From: a virus
Taxonomy: Duplodnaviria > Caudoviricetes
Strand: one strand, 5' to 3'
Length of the DNA: 64,000 bases
IMG/VR virus record: IMGVR_UViG_3300043084_000165
Coordinates: 27,704-91,703 of that record
The stretch's first letter is position 1. Each line of letters opens with the position of its first letter. The notes below the pieces were generated by a model. It made no database searches. It saw only the letters and a list, made by a program, of their open reading frames with translations, and was not told where the DNA came from. The position numbers and the translations under genes were made by a program. This document shows, piece by piece, positions 10,799 to 20,236 of this stretch.

Positions 10799-11402
10799 GG
10801 TGGAGGCGCCTGGTCTGTTCTCTGCGGAGGATCAGGAGGTGCTGCCTGCTGTCATGCCATTTTTTGGTCTGCATGCCAATACATACTCCGAACCCAAGAT
10901 TCAAGATGAGGTCTGGGTGCTCAATGTAACAGACAATCCGCTGCAACTTTTTTGGTTCCGTAAGGATGATCGCACAGGTCACAATGACAGCATCGAAGGT
11001 GAGGAGAATGTAGAGGTAATATGCAATCGTGAAGCCGGCACGGGGTATGCTACTATATACTTTTCAGATGGCACTGGCTGGATGTTCCGTAACGGAGATT
11101 CTTATATAAACATCGAAGCGGATGGTAGCATCTTGTTGAACCCAGGTATTGCGAATCGTATTGTGCATCTTTGTGGCGATTCCATATCCCTGGGCTCAGA
11201 AGGTGGTTCGGAACATTCGGCATGCTATGGCGATGAGACCCAGAAGGTGCTGAATATGATTCAATCTTGCCTGGCCACCATTAGACAAGCAGCTGCAGCA
11301 AATCCCTATACACAGCCCATCGCCGAAGCGCTGGGTTCACAACCAGACCGTATCAAATCCGCTATACCAAAGATTATATCAGAAAATGTTACGCTCGATT
11401 AA
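10731..11402 (+). CDS. gp5/VgrG-like baseplate hub/spike protein
   Basis: Likely start MKLLHATLRPGRV at 10731; OB-fold-like N-terminus (GNVKVEAPGLF...PKIQDEVWV) then short beta repeats (SYINIEADGSILL, SISLG). Confidence 0.6.
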   Translation: MKLLHATLRPGRVIEVLGSGNVKVEAPGLFSAEDQEVLPAVMPFFGLHANTYSEPKIQDEVWVLNVTDNPLQLFWFRKDDRTGHNDSIEGEENVEVICNREAGTGYATIYFSDGTGWMFRNGDSYINIEADGSILLNPGIANRIVHLCGDSISLGSEGGSEHSACYGDETQKVLNMIQSCLATIRQAAAANPYTQPIAEALGSQPDRIKSAIPKIISENVTLD

Positions 11403-11407
11403 AGAAT

Positions 11408-11650
11408 ATGGAATATAGACCAGCAGGCACACGTTACGCCGATATACATCGTTACGATCAGATAAAGCATCGTCCATATGACTATAAAACCAATGGACTG
11501 CTCAAGCAGGTGCTTCCTGAGGTGATTGTAAATACGACAAATAGCACTACTAGGATTGTTCTTGACTTCATTGAGCATGTGGCACAGTTCTTGCTATCCT
11601 ATGTGGATGAGCTCAAGAATTTTAAGAATCCTAATGCAAAACTGCACTGA
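11408..11650 (+). CDS. Hypothetical protein
   Basis: 80-aa ORF co-oriented with the structural block. Confidence 0.6.
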   Translation: MEYRPAGTRYADIHRYDQIKHRPYDYKTNGLLKQVLPEVIVNTTNSTTRIVLDFIEHVAQFLLSYVDELKNFKNPNAKLH

Positions 11651-11746
11651 CTTATTTTAATGCGTTATATGCGCAGATAAAAGCAGCCCTGAAGATTTAT
11701 ATATCCTCAGGGCTGATCTTTTGTTAGAGCGCAAATAAATGCGCTT
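11648..11746 (+). repeat. Palindromic dispersed element family I, copy A
   Basis: 11671-11746 is identical (76 bp) to the reverse complement of 41028-41103; internal hairpin CAGCCCTGA...TCAGGGCTG. Confidence 0.9.
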
Positions 11747-11759
11747 TATGAGTATTTAT

Positions 11760-11978
11760 TCAATTACGATTGACCTTGCCATTTTGATATCTGCGACGAA
11801 GCCTGTTATACCAGTCAATCATGTCGTAACCCAACTGACCTGCACCATCGAAGTCCACCAGGGCTCTGCAAACCCCAACCGGGACCCAGATCACATACAG
11901 CACCGTCATAATGATCAGACCAAGAACTGCGCGTAAGATGTTGCGCAAAATCACTTTCATATTCAAAACACTTTTCAT
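11760..11978 (-). CDS. Small membrane protein
   Basis: One hydrophobic helix; overlaps upstream stop. Confidence 0.55.
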   Translation of the reverse strand: MKSVLNMKVILRNILRAVLGLIIMTVLYVIWVPVGVCRALVDFDGAGQLGYDMIDWYNRLRRRYQNGKVNRN

Positions 11979-13069
11979 TTGTTACGTCCTCCTAATAATT
12001 GGTTAATGGGTGCAAACGGACCTGTCCATTTGTAAAGATTTCCTTCAAACTCTACTACCACACCTTCCATGCCGTAGATCTTATTTCCTGTATACTTCCA
12101 GCGCATTGAAAACTTCTCTTTCTCGGTCATCAGAACTTCGGGGTCAAACATTGCTGCATTGATGTCCTTTTCAATTAACCCAGCAGCCTGATAAGAAGTA
12201 TTGGTGGTTGCATTGAGCCCCTGCGCACCATCAAGGATCTGAGAACCGATACTGAGCACCGCGATATCCAGGAGTTTCTTCGTGTTCCATACGATGTTCT
12301 TTTCATTGTCCAGGATATCCTGAATACCCAACTTAGCGGCTTTGCGAATCTCGCGAAGGTTGATTTTCTCACTGACTCCGAAGAAACGATTGAATAACAA
12401 CCCCATGGTCTTAGGATCCGCATCTATAAATCGTTTCCATTCTTTGTTCATATATAGTGCGTACTCAGCCTTATAGTAGTCTTCAAGTGTGTTCTCATCA
12501 GTCATACCCAACTTTGCAAAGCGCTCACATGCAAGGTTATAACCAAATGTGCGAGGAATAACATTATCGGGCATTCCATCATATGAGAACGTATCCTGTG
12601 ATGCGCTGACTTTCTCAACGCACACGACCTGCCACTTGCCTGTGTTCTCCCAGGTGTATATGTTATGAGGAATCACTTCAGACTGCTCATAATACATGAT
12701 GTTAGTGACACCGCGGAGAACAATCTCTGCATTGAGGGTTGTGTGATTGACATTGAATTCCGGCACATCCTTCCAAAAACCGGCCTTTACAACCATATCC
12801 CAACCGGCAAGGAATACCTCTTTTACACGACCATTAGCAAAGCGATTTTCAATATCCGCGCGACCAAATCCACCGAACTTGAGATCCTCACCTGAGCGTG
12901 CAAAACGGAGCTCACCATTGTTGTTCAGAATGTGAATATTAAAACCATCCACTTTCTCAGCCATCGGCAACTGACCTGCAAGTGATTTGAACGCGAGGGT
13001 CTTGAACTGACCGATTGTTAACTTAAGATTGTCATGTGGATGCATCATATGTCCTGATAGTCCTCCCAT
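11975..13069 (-). CDS. RNA/DNA ligase-like nucleotidyltransferase
   Basis: Likely start MGGLSGHMMHPHD at 13069; motif I EKVDG, NAEIV, motif IV EGVVV, motif V YKWTG. Confidence 0.55.
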   Translation of the reverse strand: MGGLSGHMMHPHDNLKLTIGQFKTLAFKSLAGQLPMAEKVDGFNIHILNNNGELRFARSGEDLKFGGFGRADIENRFANGRVKEVFLAGWDMVVKAGFWKDVPEFNVNHTTLNAEIVLRGVTNIMYYEQSEVIPHNIYTWENTGKWQVVCVEKVSASQDTFSYDGMPDNVIPRTFGYNLACERFAKLGMTDENTLEDYYKAEYALYMNKEWKRFIDADPKTMGLLFNRFFGVSEKINLREIRKAAKLGIQDILDNEKNIVWNTKKLLDIAVLSIGSQILDGAQGLNATTNTSYQAAGLIEKDINAAMFDPEVLMTEKEKFSMRWKYTGNKIYGMEGVVVEFEGNLYKWTGPFAPINQLLGGRNK

Positions 13070-13108
13070 ATTGTTTATATTTTTAACTGTTACTGATTTT
13101 GTTCTGAT

Positions 13109-13142
13109 GAAGATATATAACAAAGACGCCTCAAAAATTTAG
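13109..13142 (-). promoter_or_regulatory. Phage promoter CTAAA-N18-TATATATCTTC
   Basis: Same motif and spacing recur upstream of many minus-strand genes. Confidence 0.75.
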
Positions 13143-13197
13143 AATGAAGCCAAGAAAAATAAGCTATTATATTAAAAAATTAACTTCGTACAAATAA

Positions 13198-14814
13198 ATG
13201 AACAACGAAATCGATTACTCAATATATGAGTCTGTGGATGATCTCAAGGCTGCGTTCAGCATCAACGAAGATAAACGGGACGAACCGAAGGGCTCCGAGA
13301 AACCCGACAAGGTACTCAAGGCCGACAAGTTGCCCGTGGTGTATGCTGATTTGAATATTAAGAAATATCACAATATATTCAAGCACTGGATTATCTTCAC
13401 CAATGACCGTTCTGATGAGAACAAGACGCTCAAGAACATTCATGAGGCCATTAAAGATTTTGACATGAAGCCCGAGCTACATATCTTTGTTGCCGCTGAC
13501 ATGGACGCAGAAGAGGACGAATCGCGTATCACCATCCGTGATGATGAAGAGGAGTTCACTATTGAGAAAGAGTCTAACCTGGACACCCTTGTATTTGCAC
13601 GTTTGGGAGTGCAGGGTGAAGATGAATGTGAACATGCAGTTCAGTTGTTGCAGGATCGTGGGTTCCTAGTTCTCAACCCCATCAGACCTTCACAGATTGC
13701 CTGCGATAAGTATCAGTCAGCATGTTTGTTTGAGAAGGGTAACATTCCTCAACCACGTTTCTGCCTGATGACCAAGGAAGATTTCTATGATGCTGATTCG
13801 TTTAAGGCACAGATAACTCGAGTATATCCTGACTATAACTTCAATGACCCCGACAAGAACAAAGATAAGGACTTGGTAATCAAGATCTTAGACGGCCACG
13901 GAGGTACTGGCGTCATGTTGATCGATTGCAAACGCACCACCGCGGTACTTCAAGCTATTTTTGCTATTGACCCGGAACGTAGACTTATTATACAGCGCAA
14001 AGAGGAAGGTGACGGTGGTGACATCCGTGTTCACGTACTAACTCTGCGCAACAAACAAATCATCCTGGCTGCTATGAAGCGTCAGCAACTGGGTGGCGAC
14101 TTCCGTTCTAATGTATCACTGGGTGCTGAGGCGGTGCCTATCAAGCTTACCCCTGAACAGGAACAAATTGCACTACGTACAGCCATGCTCTCCAAGTTAC
14201 CCTGGTGCGCAGTTGACATCATGCCACTGGTGAAAGGTTCTAACAAGGAGATTGGAGACAATGTAGTTCTCGAAATCAATGCGAGTCCGGGTACATTCGG
14301 AATCTCTGAGGTTATCAAGCGGAACTTTATCAATGTGATGGTGAACGAACTGAATGATCCTTCAGAGTTTATGTTGCAGGATAAGACAGCGGGATTTGTT
14401 GAGTCTATTAACATAAAGTTTGCTGATAATGTTCACGTAGATATGTTAGCGAAATTGGATACTGGCAACTCTACAACGGCTTCAACTATGGAAGTGGGTA
14501 AGTTTGCGGACAATGGTAAAGAGATTTCATTTAAGGTAGGTGGCAAGAACCTTTCCTTTAAGAAACAGAAGTCTATGATTGCCAAGGCTGGTGAAGAGCA
14601 GTATGAGCGCCCGACCATCATAGTACCTGAGATAACGGTGGGGTTGCGTAAGGTTAAGGACGTTCGCTTTGCTGTTGTAAAGTCACGTGAGAACAAGACA
14701 ACCAATGTGCTACTCAATCGAGATGTGCTGTCGCGGTTGGGTTATACCGTGCATCCAAGCACTGCGCACATTCTTACGCCAGAGATGCAGAAAATTGATG
14801 TAAGCAGATTATAA
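13198..14814 (+). CDS. RimK-family ATP-grasp ligase fused to RimB-like retropepsin protease
   Basis: CDKYQS, KILDGHGGTGV, DIRVHV, FRSNVSLG, VDIM, VLEINASPG; C-terminal AKLDTGNS and VLLNRD. Confidence 0.8.
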   Translation: MNNEIDYSIYESVDDLKAAFSINEDKRDEPKGSEKPDKVLKADKLPVVYADLNIKKYHNIFKHWIIFTNDRSDENKTLKNIHEAIKDFDMKPELHIFVAADMDAEEDESRITIRDDEEEFTIEKESNLDTLVFARLGVQGEDECEHAVQLLQDRGFLVLNPIRPSQIACDKYQSACLFEKGNIPQPRFCLMTKEDFYDADSFKAQITRVYPDYNFNDPDKNKDKDLVIKILDGHGGTGVMLIDCKRTTAVLQAIFAIDPERRLIIQRKEEGDGGDIRVHVLTLRNKQIILAAMKRQQLGGDFRSNVSLGAEAVPIKLTPEQEQIALRTAMLSKLPWCAVDIMPLVKGSNKEIGDNVVLEINASPGTFGISEVIKRNFINVMVNELNDPSEFMLQDKTAGFVESINIKFADNVHVDMLAKLDTGNSTTASTMEVGKFADNGKEISFKVGGKNLSFKKQKSMIAKAGEEQYERPTIIVPEITVGLRKVKDVRFAVVKSRENKTTNVLLNRDVLSRLGYTVHPSTAHILTPEMQKIDVSRL

Positions 14815-14819
14815 ACTAC

Positions 14820-14850
14820 AAAAGCTCGAGGTCATCCTCGAGCTTTTTTT
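14820..14850. terminator. Bidirectional terminator between convergent genes
   Basis: AAAAGCTCGAGG-TCAT-CCTCGAGCTTTTTTT. Confidence 0.8.
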
Positions 14851-16418
14851 ATCCACTTTGTAGTGCCTGCATCATATATCCTAAAGAATCCCAGTCCATC
14901 CATAACCTCGCGCTCAGTCCATTGTGACTTGTCTGTTGATGGCGCCAAGCCCTTTCTGATGATGGAGTCTTTGGTAAACGTTGACCTATGATACCTGCGG
15001 AACCGCCTATCTACATACCAATAAGAGTTTGAAATGGTACCATCTGTGCTGAATCCAAGCTTCTTATATAAATTACCATTTGATATATCATTACATGAAA
15101 ATGATGTAACGATTCCCGGGTTGTAGTGCTTCTCAAAATGCGCTAACAACTTACCCGCGCCTCCGACTATGGTTGTGTTGAGTTTGCCACAGAATCTTAT
15201 AAGCTCCCACTCACTATCTGTTGAGTTCTTACCGCCCGACAACTTTGAACGTTTATTGAAAGCCATTACTGCAACTAGTCCATTACAAAATAACCCCAGG
15301 TTCACAGCACTCTGACAACGCCCCTGGATGTGGTTTGCATCAAGAAACTCATTACAAGTTCGTCTGTCGATCTCACGAATCTCGCATTTGCGTGCATAAA
15401 CGCGTTGCTCACAGACCCCCAACTTCGAAAGTATCATAGAGCACACGATCTCGGGCTTGTTAACAATCCAATCCTCCCATATCTGTATCAGTTGGATTCC
15501 ATGATCCCCACACAACCTGAACTTATCCATGTGATAGTTATAAGGTTTCTCGCGGTCTGAATGCCAATACACTCCGTTACACTCAATGGCAACCTTCTTG
15601 TCAGGAATATATATATCAAGCTGCTGTGGTGGGATGATATCGTATGAGCCATCGATATGTTTCACACCATGCTCGTCCAGGAGTTGACGGATAAATAATT
15701 CAATAGATGAGCAATGATCACGCGATTGTTTAGGCATCAACCTAGTGCACGGGTTAGTACCATCATTGATTCTATTTATATATAAGCGCGGCTCTATGCA
15801 AAATTGTCGTTCGTCACAGCAGGACCCATCGCATTGTACTATAAAATTGCCGTCCTCAACTCCAATGATTTCTGGGTGTCCCTGTAAGAATTTGCCCCGC
15901 GCATATGTACTGGCTCCGAACTTCTGCTCACAGGCCTGCGCCACCCGATTCTTTATCTCATCTGATGATGATGCACAATCGGTCCCGTAACGCTCTTGAC
16001 ATGTTTCTTTATACTTTTGCACAAGCTCCTTTGAGGCAAACCCAGTGCCACCATAGCGCTCTTTATTAGTTTCTGCAGCCTTGTGTTGGAATTCAGGCAC
16101 CCTGGATACATGATCTCCATAACGCTTCACCATAGTTAAACGAGCCTTAGTCTTGCTGGACTCTGCCGCACCTGCACACTTTCGTCCGCAGAATCGTTGA
16201 TAGCCACGGGTGAGGTCCAGGTAAGTGGTTGGCGCGCCGCATGTCTCACAAACATGTTCCGGGCATTTGTGATAGTAGTTATATAGTTTTTCCGTGAACT
16301 TGGTGCCAGGATAAGTGCGCACCAGCTGATAAAACTCAGGCCAGTGTGTGCTTATGAACTTCTCAGTTGTGCGGTTGCGCGGACGTTCTAATATATATTC
16401 AAGTGTAGGCTGTTGCAT
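14832..16418 (-). CDS. Free-standing homing-endonuclease-like protein, paralogue 1
   Basis: Zn-finger CETC..FCGRKC, ERYG repeats, PD-(D/E)XK/Vsr-like LDIYIP..IECNGVYWHS, C-terminal ARKC..NHIQG..WELIRFC..LYKKLGF domain. Confidence 0.75.
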   Translation of the reverse strand: MQQPTLEYILERPRNRTTEKFISTHWPEFYQLVRTYPGTKFTEKLYNYYHKCPEHVCETCGAPTTYLDLTRGYQRFCGRKCAGAAESSKTKARLTMVKRYGDHVSRVPEFQHKAAETNKERYGGTGFASKELVQKYKETCQERYGTDCASSSDEIKNRVAQACEQKFGASTYARGKFLQGHPEIIGVEDGNFIVQCDGSCCDERQFCIEPRLYINRINDGTNPCTRLMPKQSRDHCSSIELFIRQLLDEHGVKHIDGSYDIIPPQQLDIYIPDKKVAIECNGVYWHSDREKPYNYHMDKFRLCGDHGIQLIQIWEDWIVNKPEIVCSMILSKLGVCEQRVYARKCEIREIDRRTCNEFLDANHIQGRCQSAVNLGLFCNGLVAVMAFNKRSKLSGGKNSTDSEWELIRFCGKLNTTIVGGAGKLLAHFEKHYNPGIVTSFSCNDISNGNLYKKLGFSTDGTISNSYWYVDRRFRRYHRSTFTKDSIIRKGLAPSTDKSQWTEREVMDGLGFFRIYDAGTTKWIKKARG

Positions 16419-16471
16419 ATCAATGAGTTATCTACATTTTAACACTATTTTAATGACCTATTAAAATAGGA

Positions 16472-17032
16472 TTAAAATACCACATGTTTAGCCTCAACCG
16501 GCTCAATGATGTTATAACCAATCCCCAACACTTCACATTGTTGCTTCATGGCTGCGATGTTCTCTGCATCATCCTCAAAGATCATCATGTTGACCTCATC
16601 CTGTTGATTCCAGTACTGAAGCTGATTGACCACTGCTGCCTTGAACTGCGCTACTGTGCTGTATTTATTTGCATCGAAAGTGTGAATGTTTTTATATAAG
16701 ATGTTGACGCCCTTCTCGCGCAACCAATCATACAACATCTCTTTCTTCTGTCGCGCGGTTACGATGTGCGCATTGGTGATGTCCGTACCCAGGTTCTTGA
16801 GAATCTCAAAGGCTGGAAGAGTGGGTTCCTTGAGGATTTGCTCGAGAGATTCAAACTCTGTAAAGTCCCAGTGCATGCCGGGAGATAAGAACTTCTCTGT
16901 GCTATCAGGCGCATTAAACACCTTCGTGCCCGCGCGGAACACCTCGCGTCCGTTGCGGTCCAGTGCACGTACGCATGCGGTGGTTGCAATCAGGGTATCA
17001 TCAACATCGAATATATATAGGGTCTTATTCAT
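16472..17032 (-). CDS. HAD-superfamily phosphatase
   Basis: FDVDDTL, VTAR, K, FEDD. Confidence 0.8.
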   Translation of the reverse strand: MNKTLYIFDVDDTLIATTACVRALDRNGREVFRAGTKVFNAPDSTEKFLSPGMHWDFTEFESLEQILKEPTLPAFEILKNLGTDITNAHIVTARQKKEMLYDWLREKGVNILYKNIHTFDANKYSTVAQFKAAVVNQLQYWNQQDEVNMMIFEDDAENIAAMKQQCEVLGIGYNIIEPVEAKHVVF

Positions 17033-17152
17033 ATCTTTTATGTTTTGGAGTTCGTTTATATATCTTTTTAGAGTCGGGTCCTCTGCTTATCATCCTGCGT
17101 CTGATGAGTTGGGCGAGCTCTCGCTCACCCCAAGACTCAGAACCAATTCGGA

Positions 17153-17884
17153 TCACTTTTCGAGGAGACTTGCCATTGCTTCGCATATGTCTTCGTTTGA
17201 TTTAATATAATCCAGTACCTTCTTGATGCGCTGAGAGATACGACCCGAGGTTACGTTCAGTTCTGCTGCGAGCTCAGTTACTTGCTTCTCCGGCACTCCA
17301 CATACTCCGAAGAATGAGTAGAAGCAGTATGCATCAGTGGCGTTGCAATGAGTATCAACCTCGGTCTTCAACAGTTCCATCGGGTCACCGTCTTCAAACT
17401 TCGCGCTCTCATACACACCGTAGCGCATCTCGCGATTCATATTCTCGTTGTCACCTGCGGGGTTCATCACTGCTGAGATGCTCACCGTGGTGAATGTGGT
17501 AGCGCCAATGCCAGGAGCCGCATTTTCGCATACCTCAGCGTCAGCAGCTACATCAGCCTGAGTCTTCTTGATCTGCTCCTGTGTATAGCTGGTCAGCTTC
17601 ACTGTGTGGAGCTCTGTGCAAGAGCAGTTGCGGATGTTGTTCAGCATTGCAAACGCAGCGAACTGAGTGAAGTTCATCTGTGAGCGTTCAGGATCGTATG
17701 TATTCATCGCGATAGTCAGACCTTCGTAAGCCATGGACTTGAGTGTGTACCAATCGGTCTTGAGACGACGGTGCCACTGCGAAACAATCTTGTTCACCAG
17801 CGGCTCGAATTGACGAGCGATCTGATTGCGAACTTCTGCAGGTGCTGCAGCAAATGACTGACGGAGATTTGTAATTGCTTCCAT
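17153..17884 (-). CDS. Sigma70-family sigma factor
   Basis: Region 2 (PLVNKIV..LKSMAYEGL..YDPER..FTQFA) and region 4 HTH (ELAAELNVTSGRISQR). Confidence 0.8.
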   Translation of the reverse strand: MEAITNLRQSFAAAPAEVRNQIARQFEPLVNKIVSQWHRRLKTDWYTLKSMAYEGLTIAMNTYDPERSQMNFTQFAAFAMLNNIRNCSCTELHTVKLTSYTQEQIKKTQADVAADAEVCENAAPGIGATTFTTVSISAVMNPAGDNENMNREMRYGVYESAKFEDGDPMELLKTEVDTHCNATDAYCFYSFFGVCGVPEKQVTELAAELNVTSGRISQRIKKVLDYIKSNEDICEAMASLLEK

Positions 17885-17921
17885 ATTTCTTGTTTAATTT
17901 AATTGTTTAATTTATTCTGAT

Positions 17922-17955
17922 GAAGATATATAACAAGAGCCCCTCAGAAATTTAG
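17922..17955 (-). promoter_or_regulatory. Phage promoter upstream of sigma gene, overlapping terminator hairpin
   Basis: CTAAA-tttctgaggggctcttgt-TATATATCTTC. Confidence 0.75.
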
Positions 17956-17976
17956 TCTGAGAGGCTCTTTTTCGCG

Positions 17977-18945
17977 CTAATTTTTTGAATATTTTTCTTG
18001 TGCCTGAATGACTGGGTCGTGCCATCCCTGTTCAATGAACTGGTCAATGATGCAGCCAGTCAGATACTTAATGTCGGGGTGTGGAGGTCCAGTGAACCCG
18101 TGGAAGCGCCAGCCAAAGTACTTAGCCCATTCATCCGGGTATGCCGATACAACCAGTTCCGTCTCAACGTCCATGGGAAGGACGCGGCGCGCCTGTTGCG
18201 GTTTCCAACCCAGCTTGAGTAGACGCAGATACGCCCATTCGGCTGCGCTGTTGGCAAATATCCAAGTATCAATCAGTCCAAACATATCATCTTTGTTGTT
18301 AGAGATAGCCGTGCACATGTATCTGAATGCATTCTCAACCCCTCCCCATTCTTGAGTGTTTGTGATGATTTCCCGATCACTAATCTCCTCGGGTGCACAT
18401 ACTGTAATGGCGCCATCATGACCATAGTTGACAAATCGCGTGCTGCGTTCAGTCGGTGAGTTGGCGCGGTGACGGTTTGACTCAGCGCTGACCCCACGAT
18501 CAGTAAACAATCGTACAGTGTATCTGCGGATGTGATTCTCAGTAGGTTCCGTCCAGTACTGCAAATCATCCTCACGTTTGTTCTCGATCAACACACGGTA
18601 GTTGGTTGTAATAAAGTACCATCGTGTGAACGGTGTGCCGCCGGTTGATGTTACCCGTGAGTATGGGTTGTCCTCATAGAAGTTAACGACCTCCTCGGTT
18701 GCGTCATCGTTTACATGAATCGCCAGATACACAGCACCGTGCTCGGCGACTGACTCATGCCGATACTGTTTGACGATTCGTGCGACAAACTCACTAGCTG
18801 TGATAGAGTTACCATTTTCATCATACTTTGTGAACCCCTCAGATCGGTAACAAGTTCGTGCAGCTGCTTCAACCTGCTCCAACATACCTTGAATACCCGG
18901 TTTCTGAGGCATTGCAATGGCTCGTGCTCTTGAATATAAAGGCAT
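17977..18945 (-). CDS. thyX: FAD-dependent thymidylate synthase
   Basis: AARTCY, HESVAEH, RHR-X7-S (RHRANSPTERSTR), ARRVLP, PHPDI. Confidence 0.9.
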   Translation of the reverse strand: MPLYSRARAIAMPQKPGIQGMLEQVEAAARTCYRSEGFTKYDENGNSITASEFVARIVKQYRHESVAEHGAVYLAIHVNDDATEEVVNFYEDNPYSRVTSTGGTPFTRWYFITTNYRVLIENKREDDLQYWTEPTENHIRRYTVRLFTDRGVSAESNRHRANSPTERSTRFVNYGHDGAITVCAPEEISDREIITNTQEWGGVENAFRYMCTAISNNKDDMFGLIDTWIFANSAAEWAYLRLLKLGWKPQQARRVLPMDVETELVVSAYPDEWAKYFGWRFHGFTGPPHPDIKYLTGCIIDQFIEQGWHDPVIQAQEKYSKN

Positions 18946-18946
18946 A

Positions 18947-19144
18947 TTATTTTCTAAATTTTCTGAATTTTATTTCTATTGATTTGAGTGACTGATAGGC
19001 GCCGTTTGGCAGCCCAGTGTCTGCGTTGCGCGAAGTTAGCAGCCAGTAGTTCATATATACCTTACAGATCAGCAAGTTATATACTTTACACCTCCAACCC
19101 CAGACAGTTAGGTCCGGCGGCTCCAGCCGCACATGATACATCAT
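18947..19144 (-). CDS. Hypothetical protein
   Basis: Fills the gap between coupled genes. Confidence 0.45.
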   Translation of the reverse strand: MMYHVRLEPPDLTVWGWRCKVYNLLICKVYMNYWLLTSRNADTGLPNGAYQSLKSIEIKFRKFRK

Positions 19145-19869
19145 GATAGTTCAAACGTTTGTATTTCGTAAGTGACCGAATAATTCTCATCCTTTAATGA
19201 TACGTTCGCAAATGTGGTTCCATTGTAGGTTGCACGTAGGTGTTGACCCGTATGCACATGACCAAAAATATTCAGTCGTGGAGCAATGACTTTGTTACTG
19301 ATAGCATCAACAAGCTCCTGTGAGCCATACTTTGCGCCATAGTTATATACATCCTGTTGCAGCACTGTGCCGAAGTTGTTCAGAGCTGGCGGACAATGAG
19401 TCAGTAGTACATCTGTGCCCTCAGGGATTTTGTTGAACTTCGCAGAGAGCTCCCCCGATGGTTTATAAAAAGCCCAGCGGCTCAGATCCGGACACCACGG
19501 GGCACCATAAAACCTATAACCTTTATACATTACCTCAGTATCCTCCAGTAGGGTCAACTTGCTCGGTGCCATGAGCTTTTGTAGGACACGCTTCGGTTTG
19601 CGATGCTGTCCATTGCGATCGGTCCCAAGGTGCTCGAAAATAAAGTCATGATTGCCTGCAACCAGGAAGACTTTCTCACAAGGCAAGCTCTCAATCCATG
19701 GGAAGAACTGTGTGCACAACCAGGCAATAGAGCTCACCATGTCACTCTGAACATCCAGTGGCATAATGTCGCCACAGATGCAATATACATCAGCAAGCGG
19801 CAGTTCAGTCTTTGGTAAGTAGCCATGAAGGTCTGACATGGCTGCGATAATTATTTTGCTTCTATTCAT
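19141..19869 (-). CDS. Calcineurin-like metallophosphoesterase
   Basis: SDLHG, CGD, GNHD, THCPP, FGHVH. Confidence 0.9.
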   Translation of the reverse strand: MNRSKIIIAAMSDLHGYLPKTELPLADVYCICGDIMPLDVQSDMVSSIAWLCTQFFPWIESLPCEKVFLVAGNHDFIFEHLGTDRNGQHRKPKRVLQKLMAPSKLTLLEDTEVMYKGYRFYGAPWCPDLSRWAFYKPSGELSAKFNKIPEGTDVLLTHCPPALNNFGTVLQQDVYNYGAKYGSQELVDAISNKVIAPRLNIFGHVHTGQHLRATYNGTTFANVSLKDENYSVTYEIQTFELS

Positions 19870-19907
19870 ATTTTATAAGTTGTTATTTCAATATAGGCAA
19901 AAAGTTT

Positions 19908-20231
19908 TCAATCATTCGCGTATGCGAGCTCTTCTTCGTACCACCATTCTATGTGCTTTTCACCCTCTACAATGCGAACCTTATACATGATTTTCGGTTC
20001 ACCATTGAGCACACCACGCATACCTATGACTACACCATGGTATCCATTTGCGAGAATAATATCACCTATCGCAAAATTGTTATTATCAGCAACCCATTGC
20101 TTCAACAGATTGTCTCTGCGACCATAGTACTCGGTTACAATGACCCGACCTCGCTGTTCGAGTCGTGCGCGGTTTGCATGAAACTTCGCTTCATTGTCCT
20201 CAAGTGCTCTGAGCAATTCTGTTTTCGTCAT
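19908..20231 (-). CDS. Hypothetical protein
   Basis: ORF in minus-strand operon. Confidence 0.6.
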   Translation of the reverse strand: MTKTELLRALEDNEAKFHANRARLEQRGRVIVTEYYGRRDNLLKQWVADNNNFAIGDIILANGYHGVVIGMRGVLNGEPKIMYKVRIVEGEKHIEWWYEEELAYAND

Positions 20232-20236
20232 ATTCT

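Noticed and set aside
17101-17145. Hammerhead ribozyme (CTGATGAG at 17101)
   Set aside because: No correctly placed GAAA after stem II and no stems I/III found
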